Shown: positions 1-8,823 of the stretch, piece after piece
How the letters are laid out: the number at the start of each line of letters is the position of its first letter
How positions within the stretch are numbered: the first letter of the stretch is position 1
Source: a bacterium
Lineage (GTDB): Bacteria; UBP6; UBA1177
Direction of reading: 5' to 3'
DNA: 64,000 bases
NCBI GenBank assembly: GCA_017405875.1
Contig: JAFQZM010000038.1
Location: 89,261 to 153,260 of the forward strand
The notes under the pieces: generated by a model
Told to the model about the DNA's origin: nothing
Database searches by the model: none
The model's input: the letters and a program-made list of their open reading frames with translations, nothing else
Program-made: the position numbers and the translations under genes

Positions 1-2
1 TG

Positions 3-206
3 AAGCCGGAAGATTCTTGTTCTTGTGAACAAAAAGCGGATGTTGAATACAGTAAATTGCCAAATGAGAGTTGGCGTATTAATTGGTTTTGGTCATCTTC
101 CACTTTGTATGACAGTAAAAACTCGGCTTGGAGGGTCGATTTCAGCAATGCAGAAGTGGGGGAGAGTTATAAAGTTGGTGAAAACTATGTTCGCTGTGTT
201 CGTTGA
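3..206 (+). CDS. 3' end of a DUF1566 (Lcl C-terminal/CLec-like) domain protein, partial; not in the ORF track
   Basis: The frame starting at base 3 reads KPEDSCSCEQK...WFWSSSTLYDSKNSAWRVDFSNAEVGESYKVGENYVRCVR* (TGA 204-206). This is the typical WSSST...AW.V.F...VRCVR ending. Confidence 0.8.
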   Translation, partial: KPEDSCSCEQKADVEYSKLPNESWRINWFWSSSTLYDSKNSAWRVDFSNAEVGESYKVGENYVRCVR

Positions 207-370
207 GTTTTTACTTGTTCCAGTTATTTAAGTTACCCCGTCAACTTTTCATAAAATCACAGAATTTACCGCTTTAAGTGGTGGATAACGCTGCTTCCTG
301 AATCTGATTTCTTGCTTTCCGTTTTCTTTTTTCCTATTTTTTCGTGTGTTTTTGTGCTGACGGGGTGACT

Positions 371-1945
371 ATGACTCAAAAAACTCCTTCCATATTCAAA
401 AAAAGTTCTGATTTGGCGGTCCTCACAGTAATTTCGCGCATTTTAGGCTTGGTCCGCGAATCCGTAACGGCGGCTTTGCTCGGCACCGGCGTTCTTGCTG
501 ACGCTTTCAGTGTCGCTTTTATCGTGCCGGATATGGTGAGGAGACTTTTTGCCGACGGGGTGATGTCAGCCGCATTCATTCCTCAGTTCAAAGGGCTTAT
601 TACCGAAAACAAAAGGGAGCGTGCCGCTGAGTTCTTGAATGCAGTTTTTAGCATCGTTACGGTTTTTGCGTTCGTGGCGGTCGTCATACTGATGGTTTTT
701 TCGGGAAATCTGGTTTCCGTGCTTTCGCCTTCGTTTGATGCGGAAAGTGCCGAAGAAGCGGCATTCCTAGCAAAAATAATGTTTCCGTACATCTTTTTCA
801 TAACTCTTGCCGCGCTGATCCAAAGCGTTCTCAACAGTTCAGGCATATTCAGGCCGAGCGGCTTTTCGCCGATAGTTTTCAACATCACTTTCATCACCCT
901 TGCGTTTCTGCTTGCTCCGCTTTCCTCCGATCCGGCGCGCGCTCTGTCGGTCGGCGTTCTTGCCGGAGGTTTCATGCAGATGGCGGTACAGTTCCCGTTC
1001 ATGCGGAAAACGCTTTTCAGATTCCGCTTCATCAGTCTGAAAAAAGCATTTAATGAACCGTTTATCAAGAAGTCGTCGAAGATGATTCTGGCGACGCTTT
1101 TCGGAACGGGTGCTTACCAGATAAATATTCTTCTCACCACCAGTTTTGCAAGCAAAGCGGGCGTCGGAGTAGTGAGCAGCCTCCGTTTTTCGGCGCGGAT
1201 AGAAGAGCTTATCCTCGGCATTTTCGTTGTTTCGCTGAGCACGGTGATCCTTCCCGAACTTGTTGAAAATGCGAAAAGCGGAAACAGCGGGGCTTTGGAA
1301 AAAAATCTCTCGTCAGCTTTGAATTTCGTTGCATTCATATCGATCCCGGCAGTCATTTTCACTGTTTTCAATTCCGATGAAATGGTGAAACTTCTTTTCG
1401 GTTTCGGAAAATTCGACGGAACATCGGTAACGCTAACTTCCGATGCGCTGAGGTTCCGCATTGCAGGGCTCTTTTTCATTGCAATTTCAAGAATCATGAT
1501 TTCGCTTTTTTACGCATTGGAAAAGACGAATGTTCCGATTGTTGCAGGTCTTACCTCAATCGTCGTTAATTTTGCGGCGGCATACTTTTTAGTCGGTTCC
1601 CTTGCAGGAGGCGGCATCGCGCTGGCTTCTTCGATAGCTGCTTTTTCATGCGCTGCAATACTTTTCGGCAGTTACTTTTTCTCTTTAAAAGGAAGCCTGA
1701 AACTCGGAAAAGTTTTTGTTTGTTTTTTTAAAATTTCAATAATTTCAGTTGTTTCGCTTTTGCCTTTGTTCTTTTTAAAAAATCATGTCTACGCTTTTTT
1801 TGACACAGTTTTCAAAACCGGCAAAATAAGCGAAATGTGTTCTTTTTCAGTAACGGCAGTTGTTTTTATGATGATTTTTGTAGGAATATCGGCAGTTTTG
1901 AAAGATGAAACGATTGAAACTATCAAGGGAATATTCAGAAAATAG
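371..1945 (+). CDS. murJ: Lipid II flippase MurJ (MviN)
   Basis: SRILGLVRE, ADAFSVAFIVPDMVRRLFADG and LPEL motifs; about 13-14 hydrophobic segments. ATG at 371 preferred over the track start at 344. Confidence 0.95.
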   Translation: MTQKTPSIFKKSSDLAVLTVISRILGLVRESVTAALLGTGVLADAFSVAFIVPDMVRRLFADGVMSAAFIPQFKGLITENKRERAAEFLNAVFSIVTVFAFVAVVILMVFSGNLVSVLSPSFDAESAEEAAFLAKIMFPYIFFITLAALIQSVLNSSGIFRPSGFSPIVFNITFITLAFLLAPLSSDPARALSVGVLAGGFMQMAVQFPFMRKTLFRFRFISLKKAFNEPFIKKSSKMILATLFGTGAYQINILLTTSFASKAGVGVVSSLRFSARIEELILGIFVVSLSTVILPELVENAKSGNSGALEKNLSSALNFVAFISIPAVIFTVFNSDEMVKLLFGFGKFDGTSVTLTSDALRFRIAGLFFIAISRIMISLFYALEKTNVPIVAGLTSIVVNFAAAYFLVGSLAGGGIALASSIAAFSCAAILFGSYFFSLKGSLKLGKVFVCFFKISIISVVSLLPLFFLKNHVYAFFDTVFKTGKISEMCSFSVTAVVFMMIFVGISAVLKDETIETIKGIFRK

Positions 1946-1955
1946 AGGTGAAATC

Positions 1956-3077
1956 ATGAAAAAAAGTTTGTTTTTGTTTTTTTTGAGTGCGGTATTTTTG
2001 ACAGCGGCTCTTTTTGCAGAGGGCGAAACGACTGAAACTGCGTCTCAGCAGGAGAATAAGCAGGAAGAAGCTAAAGCTGAAGAAACCGCAGAACCTCAGG
2101 CTCAGCCGGCAGCCGAAACTGAAGCTGCGCCTCAGGAAGAGGCAAAACCTGAAGAAAACGCAGGGTCTCAGAGTGAATCTGCACCTGCAAAAGATAATGA
2201 ACTTGAAGCCGAGGAAGCAGCCGCAATACAGAGCGAATCCGTGTCAGAGGTTGTCGAAATTGAAGTCGTCGAGAATGAGGGAAAATTTATTTTTTCGGCC
2301 CGTTCTTTAGATAAAATGACCTGGAACGAAGCTCAGGATTACTGCAAAAAACTCGATTCATGGGGTGAAACCTGGCGTCTTCCGAATATTGACGAACTTC
2401 GGGAACTTGTGCGCAACTGCCCTGCAACTGAGCCCGGCGGAAGCTGCCGCGTGAGTGAGGAAGGCAACTGTATTGCCGGAAACTGTTCAAGTCCCAAAAA
2501 TTCGTGCACTTGCGAAAGACAACCGAAAAACAGAGGTTTTTACAGCATGTTCGGCGATGCGGATTATATCGGGCTCTGGTCTTCATCCACGCTTTCAAAC
2601 GATGATAAAAAGGCATGGGGCGCCGTTTTTTACAGCGGAATGATCGGAAGCCTCAGCAAAGATGCAAAACTTTACGCAAGATGCGTTGCAAGATCGGATC
2701 AGAATTTTTTGACAGAAGAGAAGAAAAAAGAAAAAACGGACAAAAAAGATGAAAAAGCAGACAAAAAACTTGAAACAGGTCTCAGTGACAAAGATATAAA
2801 TGAACAGTTCGACAAAAAGATGAAAGATTTTTCTCTCTGCATTTACAAAGGAACCCGGGAAGACAAGGATATGACACACGGAAGAGTCACTATCGACTAC
2901 ATAATTTCTCCGACGGGCGAAGTCATATATTCCGGTGTGCAGATGAGCACTTTCGGCAATCTGACTGTTGAAAACTGCGTCGCAAACATGGTGAGAGAAA
3001 TGAAATTCCCCGCTCCGAAGCACGGTGCAACGATCAGTGCAGCTCATTCAATTCTTTTCTTCGTAAAAAGAAAATAG
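1956..3077 (+). CDS. Secreted protein: acidic linker + DUF1566 domain + AgmX/PglI-type TonB C-terminal domain
   Basis: Signal peptide; E/A/P-rich linker; MTWNEAQDYC..WRLPNIDELR..LWSSST..AW..F..ARCV; C-terminal CIY..GRVTIDYIISPTG..VENCVANMVREMKFPAP. Confidence 0.75.
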   Translation: MKKSLFLFFLSAVFLTAALFAEGETTETASQQENKQEEAKAEETAEPQAQPAAETEAAPQEEAKPEENAGSQSESAPAKDNELEAEEAAAIQSESVSEVVEIEVVENEGKFIFSARSLDKMTWNEAQDYCKKLDSWGETWRLPNIDELRELVRNCPATEPGGSCRVSEEGNCIAGNCSSPKNSCTCERQPKNRGFYSMFGDADYIGLWSSSTLSNDDKKAWGAVFYSGMIGSLSKDAKLYARCVARSDQNFLTEEKKKEKTDKKDEKADKKLETGLSDKDINEQFDKKMKDFSLCIYKGTREDKDMTHGRVTIDYIISPTGEVIYSGVQMSTFGNLTVENCVANMVREMKFPAPKHGATISAAHSILFFVKRK

Positions 3078-3174
3078 TAACGATTTCTGTTTAGACGATT
3101 TTTCTGGAAATTTCCGGCGATATTCCTAAAATAGCGCGTTTTTTTGATTAAGGTCTTTTATTGAAGAGGTAAAA

Positions 3175-3921
3175 ATGAAAAAAGTTCTCGTTATTGTTAC
3201 AGTAATCGTAATAATCGCGCTCTTCGCATCCTACAAATGCAGTAGAAGCAGAGGCGCTGAAGATGCGGAAACGACACCGGCAACTGTTGCAGAACCTGAA
3301 CCGGCACCGGCTCCAGCTCCAGCTGCTGAAGAAGCTCCCGCTCAGAATGAAGAACCCGCCGAAGAAGTAAAGGAAGAACCGGCACCGGCGCAGAAAGAAG
3401 AACCTGCTGCAGCTCCCGCTCCCGCAAAAGAACCTAAAAAAGAAGTCAGAAAGGCAAAACCGGCTGCGGAAAAGGCTGAGAAAGCAGAAAAAGCAGAAAA
3501 ACCTGCAGCTGAAAAGCAAACACCGAAGGCTCAGCCCGTTGAAAAGAAACCGGTCGAGAGAGAGGAAAAACCTGTTCCGGGAACTCCGTCACCTGTTTTG
3601 AACAATAATCGTGAACCGGCTGATGCAAACATTGATTCAGCAGGTGTTACGAAAGTTATAAGCGTCAGTCGCGCCGCAATCAAAAGATGTTACGACAAGG
3701 CGTTGATGACAAATCCGCAGCTCAAGGGCAAGTTGTCGGTCAAGATCGTTATCAACCAGCAGGGAAGGGTTGACCGTGTCGAAATAGTTGATGATTCGCT
3801 TCACGATGCCGAAGTTTCAAAGTGCGTCAAAGGCGTTATCGGCAGACTTCGTTTCCCGAAACCGGCAGAAGGCTCGGCTACAGTTACTTTCCCGTTCTCT
3901 TTTGATCCGAAAAATCAATAA
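3175..3921 (+). CDS. TonB-like protein with AgmX/PglI (GltG/GltJ-type) C-terminal domain
   Basis: N-terminal TM anchor; Pro/Ala/Glu/Lys-rich spacer; IKRCYDKALMTNPQLKGKLSVKIVINQQG..VSKCV..IGRLRFPKP..VTFPFSF. Confidence 0.85.
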   Translation: MKKVLVIVTVIVIIALFASYKCSRSRGAEDAETTPATVAEPEPAPAPAPAAEEAPAQNEEPAEEVKEEPAPAQKEEPAAAPAPAKEPKKEVRKAKPAAEKAEKAEKAEKPAAEKQTPKAQPVEKKPVEREEKPVPGTPSPVLNNNREPADANIDSAGVTKVISVSRAAIKRCYDKALMTNPQLKGKLSVKIVINQQGRVDRVEIVDDSLHDAEVSKCVKGVIGRLRFPKPAEGSATVTFPFSFDPKNQ

Positions 3922-4021
3922 ATTCACGTAACTATTCCAAATCACAAAAAAATCGGTTGATAATATCCCGAAAATATTTAAAATAGAAAGGTTGTTTTGG
4001 TATTTTTTACGGAGAATGAAA

Positions 4022-5068
4022 ATGCGAAAATTCCTCTTTCTATTTTTGGTCTTAATCTTGGTTTCATGCAGCGGCGTTGCTGTGCAGCGACTGGTTCCGG
4101 TCTCTGATGAAACTCCGGATGACGGTGTCGCGGAAAACGACAGCCATGAGGTTCAGGATTCCGATACGGCAGAACCGACGGAAAATATTCCCGACGATGC
4201 TGAAAATCCGACAGTTGACGATAATGAGCCTACTGAACAGGCAGACGAAGATCATGCGGTTCTGCCTGACGCAGAGCCTGCTGACGACGATCCGGCTGAT
4301 GACGATATCGAAAATCCGATTCCTGACGAAGAACCTGATGAAGAACCGCCTGTTTGCGGCGAAATTTTCAACGGATCAAACTGCTTCAGGGCATCGTGCG
4401 AGACCGATGCCGACTGTTGCGAAGCCGATCTTTGTGTCACAGCTGATGCCTGCGGCGGCGCTAAAGTTTGCAGAAACGCATTCTTTAAAGAAAATTTTGA
4501 TTCATACATTGCCGGAAGTTTCCCAACAGAAGGTCCGTGGACTTTGAAGTATTACGGTGCCGGAAACAACTATCAGATAGTTACCTCCGAAAAATCCGTA
4601 TCACCTGAAAACAGTATGCATCTTCTTGGCAATAAGATGAAGAACTTTTCTGCGATTATGGCAGCTGATTTGCCGCAGGTTCCAGATGTGATCAATGTTG
4701 AGTTGAAAATGAACGCGGAAGGCGATGATGTCGCTTTTGCCCTTTGTTCGTTTGCACATGCAGATAATAAGACAAACTGGGGTGATATGTACTTGAAAGT
4801 CGAGTTTGCTGACGGAAAAATCCGCTATCAGATCCCGGAATGGACAGTTTACGATGTCGCGCCTTCTTATGAACCTAACCAGTGGTACAAACTCCGCGTG
4901 AAAATGAACCAGTCGGCGAAAACTGTTTCTGTCTGGGTCGATGACGAGCTGAAAGTCAGCAATCAGGCATTTAATCTTGATTCGTGGTCACTTGATAATA
5001 TCTGTCTTGCGTCGAACAAGAATTACAAGAAAGTCTGGTTCGACGATATCTTTATCTGGGCTGAATAG
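4022..5068 (+). CDS. Lipoprotein: acidic stalk, Cys-rich module, concanavalin A/LamG-like head
   Basis: Lipobox LVSC; D/E/P-rich linker; Cys cluster; FKENFDSY...NQWYKLRV..TVSVWVDD..VWFDDIFI beta-sandwich pattern. Confidence 0.65.
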   Translation: MRKFLFLFLVLILVSCSGVAVQRLVPVSDETPDDGVAENDSHEVQDSDTAEPTENIPDDAENPTVDDNEPTEQADEDHAVLPDAEPADDDPADDDIENPIPDEEPDEEPPVCGEIFNGSNCFRASCETDADCCEADLCVTADACGGAKVCRNAFFKENFDSYIAGSFPTEGPWTLKYYGAGNNYQIVTSEKSVSPENSMHLLGNKMKNFSAIMAADLPQVPDVINVELKMNAEGDDVAFALCSFAHADNKTNWGDMYLKVEFADGKIRYQIPEWTVYDVAPSYEPNQWYKLRVKMNQSAKTVSVWVDDELKVSNQAFNLDSWSLDNICLASNKNYKKVWFDDIFIWAE

Positions 5069-5077
5069 TATATTTCT

Positions 5078-5965
5078 TTAATATTTTCCCGATATTATCT
5101 TTTCTGCCAGCAAATTGATGTGAAAAGGCGTCGTTCCGCAGCAGCCGCCGACGATATTAGGGTCATATTTTCTGATTATTTCAGTCATTTTTCCGGCAAA
5201 TTCGTTAGGATTTATTTTGTAGAGAGATTTCCCTTCGGTTTTTCCAGGAAGTTCGGGATTCGGCATGACGATAAGAGGAAAACTTGATATTTTCTTAATT
5301 ATTTCAATGTCTTCTGTTATCGTGGCCAAGTCTTCGCAGTTGAGTCCGAAGGCGAGAAGGTTGTGCTTCGACATTTCGCAGACAATTTCTTCAAACGGCG
5401 TTCCTGTGTGGGTGATTCCGTTTTCTCCTGAAACTGAAACTATTACAGGAATATCTTCTGCGATTTTTCCAACTGCCTCAAGTGCTGAATTTAATTGAAT
5501 AATATCCAGCATCGTCTCGAAAATGAGCAAGTCCGCTCCGCCTTCCAAAAGAGCTGATATTTGAACGGAAAATGCTTCGGAAAGAAGTCTCTTATTCAGC
5601 AATAACTTGTTTTTATTGAAGATCGGTCCTATTGATCCTGCGACGAAGCGCGGTCTTTCGGGAGTTGAAAAATTATCAGCCGCTTTTTTTGCGATTTTAG
5701 CCGCTTTTTTTGCACATTTAAAAGCGTCTTCTTCTATTCTGAAATTTTTGAAAGAGATCGGATTAGAGTTGAAAGAGTTCGTTTCGATCACATCGCATCC
5801 CGCTTTAAGATAGGCTTCATGCAGCGATTCAACAAGTTTTGGACGCTCTAGTGAAAGAGTATCCGGCAGGAACGCGGAACTATCCTCTAAAAGCAAAACT
5901 GAGCCCATTGCTCCGTCAAAAAGAATTATATTTCTGCTACTGAAAAACTCTTTAAACGATCTCAT
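5078..5965 (-). CDS. Homocysteine S-methyltransferase family protein (stand-alone MetH homocysteine-binding domain)
   Basis: LFDGAMGS, IETNSF, VAGSIGP, GADLLIFETM; Zn ligands GLNC and GGCCG. Confidence 0.9.
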   Translation of the reverse strand: MRSFKEFFSSRNIILFDGAMGSVLLLEDSSAFLPDTLSLERPKLVESLHEAYLKAGCDVIETNSFNSNPISFKNFRIEEDAFKCAKKAAKIAKKAADNFSTPERPRFVAGSIGPIFNKNKLLLNKRLLSEAFSVQISALLEGGADLLIFETMLDIIQLNSALEAVGKIAEDIPVIVSVSGENGITHTGTPFEEIVCEMSKHNLLAFGLNCEDLATITEDIEIIKKISSFPLIVMPNPELPGKTEGKSLYKINPNEFAGKMTEIIRKYDPNIVGGCCGTTPFHINLLAEKIISGKY

Positions 5966-7416
5966 TTTTCGGGAAAAATTTTTGAAAACTGGTCGCGGTA
6001 GCTGCTTTTTCCGCAGAGAAGCAATGACGTGAGCGGGTGTTTCTGCCTGACGAAATCAGCTGCGGCGCGCGCGCTCATCCTGATATCCCACTGCGCATGT
6101 TCGTCGTCACGCAGCGAAATGAAGTGGTAAAGCTCTCTCGCATTGAGCTTGAGCAGAACTCTTCTTCTGTGTGCGTTTGAAAGGATATAGTTTTTCGAAT
6201 TCGGAAAAATTTTTGCGAAATCGTAGTAAAAATCATTGATTTTACTGATGATTTCATTGAAAAATGCCTCTTCGCCGATCTCTTTTATAGATTCCGGAAC
6301 TGTGCAGCCGAGCTGCGGATCGTAATCCTGAACGAGCTGCGTCGTCATTCTGTGGCGCTTGAGCTGTGCGTAATTGGTTGCACTTACTGCAAGTTCAAAG
6401 GTGTAGTCTATGTTTTCAAAGGCTCTGTCCACCTTTTCAAAGCTCTCTTTCGAAGCTAGCGCCTGCTTTATGAGGTTTTCTTTTTCGGCAAAACTCAACT
6501 TTTCCGCGTAGGCAAGGCAGCTTTCAAAATCCTGATTGGAATATGCGTAGACAAGCGATGCAACAAGGATCTTGTCGGCATCTTCAGTGCAGGAAACCGC
6601 TTTAAAAGTCGAATTAGCGGCATTTTCGCTTTTAAAAAATGTTGCCGCAGTCTCCAGTGCACTTCTTTTTGCCGCTTCGTGCTTTGTCGGTTCGACATAC
6701 TTGATTAGCGACGGGGCAAGCGTTTTGACTTTTTCAAAAAGAGAAGCCGAAAGTTCTTTAACTTCGGCAAGATGCGAGGAGTTGAACTGCCTCAGCATGT
6801 TTTCAAGAGAGCGGGCGTTGACAGTCATTCCGAACTGCGTTTTTGTGGCAAGGGCAACGATGTATCTCGCATCCTCTTTCGCCTTTGTTTCAAGGTCTAT
6901 CTGGTCTCTTTTTGTCTTTATTTTGTCTGTATTTTTCGCAAAAAGATCATCTTTCAATGCTTCAAAAAGGGTAAAGTATGCGTCGTTCTGAAGTTTTATG
7001 ATATTGGCAAACTTTTCTGCAAAAGGGGTATTCTTTATCTCTTCCGGCATTACGAAATCGCCGTCTAAAGTGATGTAGCGCTGGCTTTTTTCGGTGAAGG
7101 AGACGAGTCTGAATTTCTGAACTTCTTCGGTAGCGAGTCTAGAAATTCCGGTGATATCGAAATTGAAAACGGCGTGCTCTGCAACACTCGAATGACCCAA
7201 GCCGAAAATTATCGTTTCATTCGATTTTCTCGATTTAGCGACTTCGGTGCGCGAAATTTTTCTGAGCTCTCCGATATCGGCAGGGTCTCTCGAAATGCGG
7301 GCGTAAGCTGCACTCAGAGTTTCCGGCGTGACGTTGTCTTCCGTCCAGCCTGCGCGGTTTTTGAGTTCTTCGATTATCGAACTGTCGATGTTGTATCCGG
7401 CCAAAGTTACGTTCAT
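5962..7416 (-). CDS. thyX: FAD-dependent thymidylate synthase, tandem two-domain form
   Basis: GHSSVAEH and SFTEKSQRY in domain 1; QLKRHRM and LNARELYHFISLR..HAQWDIR in domain 2. ATG 7416 has a GGAG RBS. Confidence 0.9.
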   Translation of the reverse strand: MNVTLAGYNIDSSIIEELKNRAGWTEDNVTPETLSAAYARISRDPADIGELRKISRTEVAKSRKSNETIIFGLGHSSVAEHAVFNFDITGISRLATEEVQKFRLVSFTEKSQRYITLDGDFVMPEEIKNTPFAEKFANIIKLQNDAYFTLFEALKDDLFAKNTDKIKTKRDQIDLETKAKEDARYIVALATKTQFGMTVNARSLENMLRQFNSSHLAEVKELSASLFEKVKTLAPSLIKYVEPTKHEAAKRSALETAATFFKSENAANSTFKAVSCTEDADKILVASLVYAYSNQDFESCLAYAEKLSFAEKENLIKQALASKESFEKVDRAFENIDYTFELAVSATNYAQLKRHRMTTQLVQDYDPQLGCTVPESIKEIGEEAFFNEIISKINDFYYDFAKIFPNSKNYILSNAHRRRVLLKLNARELYHFISLRDDEHAQWDIRMSARAAADFVRQKHPLTSLLLCGKSSYRDQFSKIFPEK

Positions 7417-7520
7417 TTTTCTCTCCACCAAAAAAACAGTCGTCTTTACCATAATTTTTGGAACATGAGAATTTTTTGTTATAATGATGATCGGGTTTTC
7501 GTTTATATCGTTCTTTTCGG

Positions 7521-7586
7521 TGCGCCGTATTTTTTTCGATATCTCGTTATTTAGTATTTAGTAATATCGTTATTCCGAGCGGCGCA
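7521..7586. repeat. Palindromic intergenic repeat (REP-like), copy 1
   Basis: TGCGCCG...CGGCGCA arms. Shares TCGATATCTCGT (12/12) and GTAATATCG (9/9) with the reverse complement of 8744-8799. Confidence 0.6.
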
Positions 7587-7619
7587 GGAGAAGAATAAAA
7601 AACAGGAGGCTTTGAAAAT

Positions 7620-8741
7620 ATGAAGATTTTTTCTGCGATTTTTTCGATATTTTTTCTCTTTTCCATTTTTGCCGATGAAGTGAACGAGTCCTTTTCAGCA
7701 GCTGTTCAGGCTGGAAACGTCAAGGCGGCGGCAGACATTTTTGCAAAAGGTGCAGACATCAATTTTGTCGATGAAGATTGGCCGCTTTTCGTAACTGCGG
7801 TGACCTCGAATGATGTCAAAATGGCTGAATTTTTCATAAAAAACGGCGTTAATCTAGAACTCAAGGGGCCTGACGGCAAAACGGCGCTGCTACATGCGAT
7901 TTCGTTGAAAAACAAGCAGCTTGTTTCGATGCTCATAACGGCGGGAGCTGACCTTAAAGCGGAAGATCTGAACGGCAAAAACGCACTGATGTATGCCGCG
8001 GAAGCAAACAACGCCGAACTTATGAACAAACTTCTGAAATCTGGTTTCAGCGAAAAGACAAAATCAAAAGCTGGAAAAACCGCTCTCGACTATGCGATAG
8101 ACGCAAGAGCGCAGGAAACCTACAGGATTTTGAGCAAAAAAAACACTCTTCCGATGGATTTCATAAATGCGGTGGAAAAGGGCGATCCAAAAGCGGTGAA
8201 AACCCTGATTTCTGAAGGTGCCGACGTCAACACAAAAGACAAAAACGGAAAAGCTGCAGCTGTCATTGCGACAGAGAAGGGATATGCCGAAATTCTGAAA
8301 CTTATCCTTGAAAACGGAGCCGATCCGAACGGAAAATACTTCAAAAATCCCAAGGCTAATCTTTTCGTTATGGCGATGCACAATAATCATTTAGATGCCG
8401 TGCTAGTTCTTTTGAAATCAGGTGCAAACGCAGATTTCAACCACAAATTCCAGGGTGGAAAAACGGCGCTTATGACTGCGATCGAATCTGAAAATCAAGA
8501 ACTTACAACTTATCTTCTCTTGAAAAAATTCGATGTCGATGCAACCGACGATTTCGGTAACACGGCCTTGATCTATGCGGTCAAGCACGACCTCTTTTCA
8601 GTCGCGAAAAAACTGCTCGAACTCGGTGCCGATCCCACTTTGAGGCAGGTCGACGGCAAGACTGCGCTCGACATTGCAAAATCTGAAAATAAATCCTCTA
8701 TGGTGAGAATCCTCACTGAAGCAGAGAAAAAGTGGAAATAA
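7620..8741 (+). CDS. Secreted ankyrin-repeat protein
   Basis: Signal peptide; repeated G.TAL..A motifs (GKTALLHAI, GKNALMYAA, GKTALMTAI, GNTALIYAV, GKTALDIA). Confidence 0.92.
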   Translation: MKIFSAIFSIFFLFSIFADEVNESFSAAVQAGNVKAAADIFAKGADINFVDEDWPLFVTAVTSNDVKMAEFFIKNGVNLELKGPDGKTALLHAISLKNKQLVSMLITAGADLKAEDLNGKNALMYAAEANNAELMNKLLKSGFSEKTKSKAGKTALDYAIDARAQETYRILSKKNTLPMDFINAVEKGDPKAVKTLISEGADVNTKDKNGKAAAVIATEKGYAEILKLILENGADPNGKYFKNPKANLFVMAMHNNHLDAVLVLLKSGANADFNHKFQGGKTALMTAIESENQELTTYLLLKKFDVDATDDFGNTALIYAVKHDLFSVAKKLLELGADPTLRQVDGKTALDIAKSENKSSMVRILTEAEKKWK

Positions 8742-8743
8742 GT

Positions 8744-8799
8744 GCCGCCGCATATCTTGTCGATATTACGAGATATCGATATATCGAGATAACGGCGGC
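8744..8799. repeat. Palindromic intergenic repeat (REP-like), copy 2; may act as a bidirectional terminator
   Basis: GCCGCCG / CGGCGGC outer arms; inner TATCT/AGATA and CGATAT/ATATCG stems; lies between the convergent ankyrin and ftsK genes. Confidence 0.65.
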
Positions 8800-8823
8800 G
8801 GCGAAAAAAGTTGGCGGCGGCTA

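Noticed and set aside
25-231. 68-aa ORF in the track
   Set aside because: It overlaps the DUF1566 C-terminus in another frame, which has clear family motifs.
285-310. SRP RNA-like AGGAAGCAGC on the minus strand, and GGGTCAGGTC at 55889
   Set aside because: Each has only half of the helix-8 motif, with no GNRA hairpin or long flanking stem.
85-2700. Possible DGR template/variable repeat pair between the two DUF1566 regions
   Set aside because: The two regions differ at all base types, not only adenines. Both are coding, and there is no reverse transcriptase in the window.
1956-3921. Complete gliding-motility (Agl/Glt) cluster
   Set aside because: Only TonB-C-type genes are present; no MotA/TolQ, ExbD or Glt barrel genes lie nearby.
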